DNA of 14,098 nucleotides from a virus: UHGV virus genome UHGV-2186863; one strand, 5' to 3'. Shown piece by piece: positions 8,488 to 14,098 of this stretch (position 1 is its first letter; each line of letters starts with the position of its first letter). The notes under the pieces were generated by a model. It saw only the letters and a program-made list of their open reading frames with translations, ran no database searches and was not told where the DNA came from. The position numbers and the translations under genes were made by a program.

Positions 8488-8507
8488 TTCCGTTAAGTTC
8501 AGGATTT

Positions 8508-10652
8508 TCAGAGCGGCATTTCATGCATCCGCTGTTGTAGTGTATGCAGCATCTGTTGCTGAAGAACTTCCTGCTCCTGTTCCATATTCTGTATGCCGGT
8601 AATGATTTCTGCCGTATGTGCCTGGTTAAGCGCATCCACATAACGCTGTCCCTGTGCCGCGGCGACATCCCGTTGTGCGCCAGCATTATCCCGTTGCGCA
8701 GCCGCGCGTGCCCTGGCAGCTTCTGCTTCCAGTTTAGCCACCCGGCCTGTCATTTCGCGCATCTGAAGTTCTGCCTGCTGTTGCTCCAGCGCCTGCTGTT
8801 GTGCTGCCGCTTCCTGCTCTTCCGGAGTCATCTCATCCGGTGATTTTGGCGTCCCCAGCGCCGCACGAATACGTTCGACAAATTCCTGTTTCTGCGGCAC
8901 ATCCAGAAGATTAACCCACAGATCGAGCACAACAGCCTGCACCTGAGGCGGCAGCCCCTGAATAACCTCTGACATTCTCTGTGCAAGCTGTGCCTTAAAC
9001 GCCGGTGTCTGCTGAACAGGAGCCAGCGCAATATGTGTATTTAACCTTGAAATATCATTGGTCAGTTCACCATTATCACCTTCAGCATTGAGGACAATGG
9101 TCTGGCGACGCTGACGATCATCGCGATTAATCACCACCGCATGATTACGCCGCTTTTTCAGGTCATCAAGAAGATAAGCGAGCAACAGCCTTCCCACCTG
9201 CTGGCAGGCAAACTGGTAGTTATCGTTGATTTCGGCAAGGGTTGTGGCTCCCTGCTCCACCAGGTTGCTGATCGCCACGCCGGACGATGCATTTGAATCC
9301 TGCCCGAGAAATGCGGAATAAACCCCCATCGTGTCCTGGATAAGTTTTTCCGACTCCTGCATGACCTGAAACTGCTGGCTGGCAACCTGAAAATCCTGTT
9401 CAACCCGGAAAACATCAGCAACGCTTTTCTGATTTTTTCGGGCCGGATTCAGTTTAATAATGCCATCCGGACGCTCGATCTGCTCCATCAGATCGTTGTC
9501 TGACAACTGGGTGGCATCCTCGTCCATAATCACGCGTTTGGCCTGAAGCAACCACGTCAGTTTTATACGACGAAAATTCACCTCATCCTGTGCCGGAATG
9601 GCCCGGGAAATCAGCCCGTAAGGCTCCCCGGTTTTATCCTTCCGGTATCCCCAGAAGGGAACCAGCGGGAACATCCCCTGCGGCGCACTGCAGGGGCGAT
9701 CCACAATAAAGTGCGGTCCCACAAACCAGGCTTCACGAATACGACTTACCCGCCCGACTCTCACCTGCACCCGCCCGGATGCCACAGCCACCGCATGCAT
9801 CAGATTATTTTTATCAAAGGCCACCACCCGTCCATTACTGAGTTCAATCACCGGAAGACGCTCGAATGTACGGTAATAAACCACCTGAAGCAGCACACGA
9901 CGGCGTTCACGCTGAAGCCATTCGTTCTGCTGTCGATCCCATGACTGATACTCTTCCCATGCACTCATCAACGGACTGGGCTGGCCTTCAGTAACCGTGG
10001 TATCGACAAAACCACGCCAGTCATCAATGGCATAATCGATAACCTGAGCCATTCCCGGAAATGTGGCTTTTGCCTCATCGGTATCCATCCAGCGGCGGCG
10101 CATCAGCCAGCGGCAGTCACTTAAATCAGCCTCCCGGCTAAGCCAGTCCCAGAACACTTCATTCCGGCTGACAGTAGACACCTTAAACTCAGGCCCGAAC
10201 GGATCGCTGTTCCGTCTGACCTCCACCCAGCTGAGCCCCGCTTTGATTTGTTCCGCATAGGCATCAGAACGGGCTTTATTCATATTTCCAAGGCGGCAAG
10301 CATCGGCAAATTCAGCATTAATAGCTTCAGCCAGTTTTTCTGTTTCATCATCAGGATCATCTGATATCACCAACAGATCAGTCCGCGTTTTGGCCTCCAT
10401 ACCCAGAACACCATCAACGGTAGGCGCGATGAGGTTATGGATGGTCATCGGCTGACCGCGATCTTTCAACACCTGGAGAACTTCCGGTGGCAACTGGTCA
10501 CCATCGTAATACGCACAGGCCTTGTTTGCGGCATCGCGCCATTTAGGCTGACTGTCAATATCAGAACAAAGCGCCTGTAACTGGCGCTGAGAAAAACGCG
10601 GCGTGGCTCCGTTGTCGTTTTTCGTCGCCATGGTATTAGTTTCATTTTTCAT
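8508..10652 (-). CDS. portal protein
   Basis: 714-aa ORF immediately downstream of the large terminase with start/stop overlap ATGA at 10652; size and position fit a portal; coiled-coil-rich C-terminus. Confidence 0.75.
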   Translation of the reverse strand: MKNETNTMATKNDNGATPRFSQRQLQALCSDIDSQPKWRDAANKACAYYDGDQLPPEVLQVLKDRGQPMTIHNLIAPTVDGVLGMEAKTRTDLLVISDDPDDETEKLAEAINAEFADACRLGNMNKARSDAYAEQIKAGLSWVEVRRNSDPFGPEFKVSTVSRNEVFWDWLSREADLSDCRWLMRRRWMDTDEAKATFPGMAQVIDYAIDDWRGFVDTTVTEGQPSPLMSAWEEYQSWDRQQNEWLQRERRRVLLQVVYYRTFERLPVIELSNGRVVAFDKNNLMHAVAVASGRVQVRVGRVSRIREAWFVGPHFIVDRPCSAPQGMFPLVPFWGYRKDKTGEPYGLISRAIPAQDEVNFRRIKLTWLLQAKRVIMDEDATQLSDNDLMEQIERPDGIIKLNPARKNQKSVADVFRVEQDFQVASQQFQVMQESEKLIQDTMGVYSAFLGQDSNASSGVAISNLVEQGATTLAEINDNYQFACQQVGRLLLAYLLDDLKKRRNHAVVINRDDRQRRQTIVLNAEGDNGELTNDISRLNTHIALAPVQQTPAFKAQLAQRMSEVIQGLPPQVQAVVLDLWVNLLDVPQKQEFVERIRAALGTPKSPDEMTPEEQEAAAQQQALEQQQAELQMREMTGRVAKLEAEAARARAAAQRDNAGAQRDVAAAQGQRYVDALNQAHTAEIITGIQNMEQEQEVLQQQMLHTLQQRMHEMPL

Positions 10653-12358
10653 CAGTGAGCCATCCAGTGTGTGGTTCTGCGTTTATCCGTTTTCTGTTTT
10701 ACCCTCACCGGCATTCTGGCGCGCATCTCCTGGGCAATCATGTAGCTCATAAGCTGATCATCAAAACAGCCTTCCTGTGCATTCATGGAGCCTTTCGCGT
10801 CATAAACGTAGGTGTTCATTTCTGATAATGTGCCCGACCAGCGGATCCCCGACAGGCCGTTATTCAGCAGCGTTTTCATTCCCTCTGTCAGGACCGGTTT
10901 ACTCTGGCGGGTTGTCAGCCAGCCAAGACGGGGCGTATCGTCGTCATATGCCTGGTCAAGGTGCTGTTCGTTGTAGATATAACGCGTCGGATAGAGTTCC
11001 CTGAGTTTCAGGATAACGGCATGTCCGTGATTGTTACGCTCCGGCCCCACAAACGCGTTGTTGTACATACGGCAGACCTGCGCAATGAGATGAGCGAAAA
11101 GCTCCGCATCGAGATGACCAAACCAGTGAGCCACCTGCTCACCATTACTGCATCTGATGATATCCAGCGATGAGCGGTCTCCGTGCTCCAGCCCCTCAGC
11201 GGTATCTGCTCCGCATACATACTCTTCATCCGGATCCGGCAGCTCCCAGACCAGCAGATAATTCATCAGCGTCCGGTGCTGTTCGGCTTTATTCCCGTCA
11301 CGCAGAGACTGCGCCTTGGTCTTCGTTCCTGTAACCGGTTCAATGTCATAAACAATCAGCGGTGGCGAACAGAATGACTCTGCCTGCAGCGTGCTTTCCG
11401 CACTGAACACCCGTCGTCCTGACGTCAGAAACGCCTCCTGTGGCGTTGAGGGAAATTCCTGCTTCATTTCCTCACGCTGTTCAGTTTCCTTGCAGATGTA
11501 CCAGTGTTTCTGCTCATCGGTAAGCGTGATGTTCATTGCTTTTTCAACCGCAGAAAAATACGCTGTTTTTTCCCGTGACAGCTTAAGTCCGCTTTCCGGC
11601 ACTCTGGCGCTGTATTTGAGATCCTGCCACCAGGCGTAAAAATGGAATTTATAATCCTGTGGCGTCAGCGCCAGCCCTGATGCAGTGATTTCCTGTGCCC
11701 GGTTACTCATCTCGTAAAAATCGCCACCCACACCTTCAGCAGTGGATTCATCAAAGATAATGCACTCATCAGAGACGGCATTAAGTGTACCGGTTCGCAG
11801 TTCTTTCGCCTTAGCCGGATATTTTGCGCAAATTTTGCCGTGCTCTGAGATATGCAGGCGCTGCACCGTACCTGAACGGAATGAGGTTGCCACCTGGATA
11901 CTCGAGCCGTGACCAAACAGGATATAGCCACCGCTGGCTCCGCTACGACGTTCAACGATGGTGAATGAGGCTCTCAGCCAGTCAGGAAGATGATCAAACG
12001 GTACAGCAATTTTGGTGCGGAAAATTTCACTGGCAGCCTGTTTATCCTGAGCGACAATCCCGCATTTGAGATGCGGTATGAATAATGCCTGGTCGAGAAG
12101 ATAAATATCAATGGCCGTGGAAAACCCCAGCTGGCGTGCTTTCAGGATAATATTTTTATTGTGCATGCTCCGGAACAACTGGCGCTGCGCCGGTCGCATT
12201 CTGAAGGTGACCAGCTCACCTTTTTCGTTCTGTATTTTGTAGAGATGATTGAGCCGCCACCAGGGATTGCTCAGTTTAGTCATGATGAACAGACGTTGTT
12301 CGGTCCCGGTCATTTCTGACGGTTCATCACATCGCGGTTCATTCTTCCGGAATGTCAT
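10652..12358 (-). CDS. terminase large subunit
   Basis: 568-aa ORF; GGGGAG 5 nt upstream of the ATG at 12358; overlaps the small-subunit gene 3' end by 20 nt and the portal start by 4 nt. Confidence 0.8.
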   Translation of the reverse strand: MTFRKNEPRCDEPSEMTGTEQRLFIMTKLSNPWWRLNHLYKIQNEKGELVTFRMRPAQRQLFRSMHNKNIILKARQLGFSTAIDIYLLDQALFIPHLKCGIVAQDKQAASEIFRTKIAVPFDHLPDWLRASFTIVERRSGASGGYILFGHGSSIQVATSFRSGTVQRLHISEHGKICAKYPAKAKELRTGTLNAVSDECIIFDESTAEGVGGDFYEMSNRAQEITASGLALTPQDYKFHFYAWWQDLKYSARVPESGLKLSREKTAYFSAVEKAMNITLTDEQKHWYICKETEQREEMKQEFPSTPQEAFLTSGRRVFSAESTLQAESFCSPPLIVYDIEPVTGTKTKAQSLRDGNKAEQHRTLMNYLLVWELPDPDEEYVCGADTAEGLEHGDRSSLDIIRCSNGEQVAHWFGHLDAELFAHLIAQVCRMYNNAFVGPERNNHGHAVILKLRELYPTRYIYNEQHLDQAYDDDTPRLGWLTTRQSKPVLTEGMKTLLNNGLSGIRWSGTLSEMNTYVYDAKGSMNAQEGCFDDQLMSYMIAQEMRARMPVRVKQKTDKRRTTHWMAH

Positions 12359-13190
12359 CCAGTCTCCCCGAATTACTCATTTCATGCAGCGATGACACGA
12401 TGTCACTGACTGGCGTAATAACCCCCCGGCGCTGGCTGGTCAGAATATCGGTTTCCGCTCTGAGTTTATCTCTGGCGGCGTTGATTCTTTCCCGGTCAGC
12501 ACGAAGTTTTGGTGCTGTTTCCGCCAGAACGTCCAGCGTCAGCAATGAGCGTTCAATTGACTCGATACGGGCAATATTCCGGTCAAGAGCCTGTTCGGCT
12601 TTAAGTATTTTGTCGTACAGGGCAACACGGGTTTCCACGTCAGCCGCCTCTTTCAGGTCGGCGAACATTTTTTTCAGTGTTCCTGTTACTGAAAGTGCGC
12701 GGGCACGGGTGAACACCAGTTCATCGAACAGCACCATATCGGACGCATCATCCATGAGGTTATCTGCCTCAAGATACTTCGCATATCCACGGTGTCTCAC
12801 GGCGTGGGTGTTACGGTCGCTAAACCGGGCAACGGGGTGAGGATTACCCGATCTGCTGTTGCGTTTCGTTTCTGCCGAATTTGCGCAGTTTTTTGCGCAT
12901 TTTTCATCACTGCCATCATCGCCGTAAGACTCGTCATTACTGGACTCGTCATCAGCTCCATGCGCATTTTTTTGTGCGCTTTTTTGAGTGTCAATTTGCG
13001 CACTTTTTTGCGCATTTTTCTGCGCACTTTCCTCTGTATTTTTGGGGGAGTTTTTGCGCAGTTTTATGTACCGACGAGCCGTGCCATAGCAGATATTGTT
13101 CTGTCGACACCAGTCCTGAAGTTTTATGCCAGTTCTGGCATGTTCGCGTCGGAATACCTGCTCCAGTTTTTTCCAGTCCAGCTTTGCCAT
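12339..13190 (-). CDS. terminase small subunit-like DNA-binding protein (N-terminal HTH-like, acidic low-complexity linker, C-terminal coiled coil)
   Basis: 283-aa ORF directly upstream of the large terminase; N-terminus MAKLDWKKLEQVFRREHARTGIKLQDWCRQNNICYGTARRYIKLRK is HTH-like. Called by position and architecture; weak ribosome-binding site. Confidence 0.6.
   Translation of the reverse strand: MAKLDWKKLEQVFRREHARTGIKLQDWCRQNNICYGTARRYIKLRKNSPKNTEESAQKNAQKSAQIDTQKSAQKNAHGADDESSNDESYGDDGSDEKCAKNCANSAETKRNSRSGNPHPVARFSDRNTHAVRHRGYAKYLEADNLMDDASDMVLFDELVFTRARALSVTGTLKKMFADLKEAADVETRVALYDKILKAEQALDRNIARIESIERSLLTLDVLAETAPKLRADRERINAARDKLRAETDILTSQRRGVITPVSDIVSSLHEMSNSGRLDDIPEE
12882..13060. repeat. 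cluster of seven palindromic TGCGCA hexamers (plus one GTGCGC variant) in T-rich flanks, several at 12-bp spacing
   Basis: TGCGCA starts at 12882, 12894, 12961, 12997, 13009, 13021 and 13055; variant at 12974; typical unit TTTGCGCAnTTTT. The hexamer falls in three codon phases of the terS frame (encoding CA, S/N-AQ and LRK). Confidence 0.8.
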
Positions 13191-13491
13191 GTCACTTTCT
13201 GACGTCCTCTGTTAAAAACTGACGCATAATGACCGCTGTGATTTTTCAGAATTCACACAGCAGCGTCTTGTTTGATTGATATTTACACAATATGGTTGTT
13301 TTATCCGGTTTCTTCCACCACCGCACCGGACAGGCGGCCATGCGGGAAAACGCTCACGTTACCTGAAAACGTGGAAAGCCCGGTGTGCATCGTTTTTGAT
13401 TATCCCCACACACTCGCGCAGGAGGTCCAGTGTCTGGCTGAGGTCTCTGTTAATGCGGGAATACTGCGACGATACGGCGCATCAGCAAAAC

Positions 13492-13959
13492 TTATTTCAG
13501 GCACTGAGTGCGGATATATTCCTGTGCCCCTTCCAGCTGCTTCTGCATCATCATCAACCGCTCTCTGAGGGTGAAATAATCCCGTTCAGCGGTGTCTGCC
13601 AGTCGGGGGCCGGTTGCATTATCCATGCCGGAGGTGCCGGTGGCTTCACGCACGGTACCGGAGCAGGTGGCGTTGATCCGCAGGCGCTTACGACCAGCAG
13701 CAACATCAGCACGCAGAGTTTCATTTTCAGCTCTCGCATCGGCTAATTCCCTCGAGTATTTTGCATCGAGCGCAGCAACATCGCGCTGGCGCACCTGCAT
13801 ATCAGTAATGGTGGCGTTTGCCAGCTCCAGCTCTCTGGCTTTTTTATCGCGCTGCACTTTGTAGGTGATGGCGTTATCGCGGTAATGGTCTGTTGCCAGC
13901 CACAGCGCACCACAGCCACCCGCCAGGACAATAATCACCACACACAGAACACGGCTCAT
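13492..13959 (-). CDS. Rz: i-spanin Rz
   Basis: 155-aa ORF; MSRV...[10 protein letters not shown]...[10 protein letters not shown]...[17 protein letters not shown]...MQKQLEG closely matches lambda Rz as I recall it; N-terminal membrane segment; AAGAGAG upstream. Confidence 0.9.
   Translation of the reverse strand: MSRVLCVVIIVLAGGCGALWLATDHYRDNAITYKVQRDKKARELELANATITDMQVRQRDVAALDAKYSRELADARAENETLRADVAAGRKRLRINATCSGTVREATGTSGMDNATGPRLADTAERDYFTLRERLMMMQKQLEGAQEYIRTQCLK
13554..13739 (-). CDS. Rz1: o-spanin Rz1 (lipoprotein) nested in the +1 frame of Rz
   Basis: [20 protein letters not shown]... with a V-S-A-C lipobox; proline-rich ...[32 protein letters not shown] near-identical in pattern to lambda Rz1; wholly inside Rz in another frame. 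Confidence 0.85.
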   Translation of the reverse strand: MRELKMKLCVLMLLLVVSACGSTPPAPVPCVKPPAPPAWIMQPAPDWQTPLNGIISPSESG

Positions 13960-13966
13960 CTCTCTT

Positions 13967-14098
13967 TCACCCCACCAGTCCCGATAACGTCAGGACTCGC
14001 CAGGCGGTGGAAAAGAAAATGGCAACCAGCATTAGTGAAAATGAAATGCCGACAATTACACAGAGGATCTTCGCCAGCGTTATGAGTTTGTCTGACAT
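13967..14098 (-). CDS. 3' end of an upstream lysis-region gene; hydrophobic C-terminus (partial, start beyond window end)
   Basis: Minus-strand frame open from the window edge to TGA at 13969..13967: ...[42 protein letters not shown]; contains a transmembrane-like segment. The stop is 7 nt before the Rz ATG. Does not match the lambda R endolysin C-terminus as I recall it. Confidence 0.4.
   Translation of the reverse strand: MSDKLITLAKILCVIVGISFSLMLVAIFFSTAWRVLTLSGLVG

Noticed and set aside
8450-8686. Minus-strand 78-aa ORF overlapping the portal 3' end and the terminator
   Set aside because: Alternative frame of the portal C-terminus running through the terminator hairpin; no independent start signal.
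12882-13060. TGCGCA repeats and collagen repeats as possible CRISPR arrays
   Set aside because: No constant-length direct repeats separated by unique spacers; both lie inside coding sequence.
13272-13746. Plus-strand ORFs (98 and 156 aa) between terS and Rz, considered as a bor-like gene on the opposite strand
   Set aside because: TTG starts, no lipoprotein signal or lipobox, no ribosome-binding site, and they overlap the Rz/Rz1 coding region antisense.

Overview
This window reads as the late region of a lambdoid prophage, with every credible gene on the minus strand. In transcription order (right to left) it holds: the 3' end of an unidentified membrane-protein gene; a lambda-like Rz/Rz1 nested spanin pair; about 300 bp of non-coding DNA; a P22-style head module (small terminase, large terminase, portal, acidic scaffold-like protein, major capsid protein); four small structural genes of unknown function; a lambda Stf-like side tail fibre with long collagen-like Gly-X-Y tracts; a tail-fibre-assembly-like gene; and, past an AT-rich stretch, an exported coiled-coil protein with its own promoter that runs off the left edge. 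Two N runs (833-907, 1358-1418) interrupt the left end. Product calls rest on synteny, size, composition and recalled similarity to lambda Rz, Rz1 and Stf; no database search was run. The most interesting signal is a cluster of seven palindromic TGCGCA hexamers inside the small-terminase gene, kept in three different codon phases, which may be a pac site. Other points of interest are the exported coiled-coil protein, three intrinsic terminators inside the structural operon, and a structured leader upstream of the scaffold gene. No tRNA, CRISPR array, integrase or IS element was seen.
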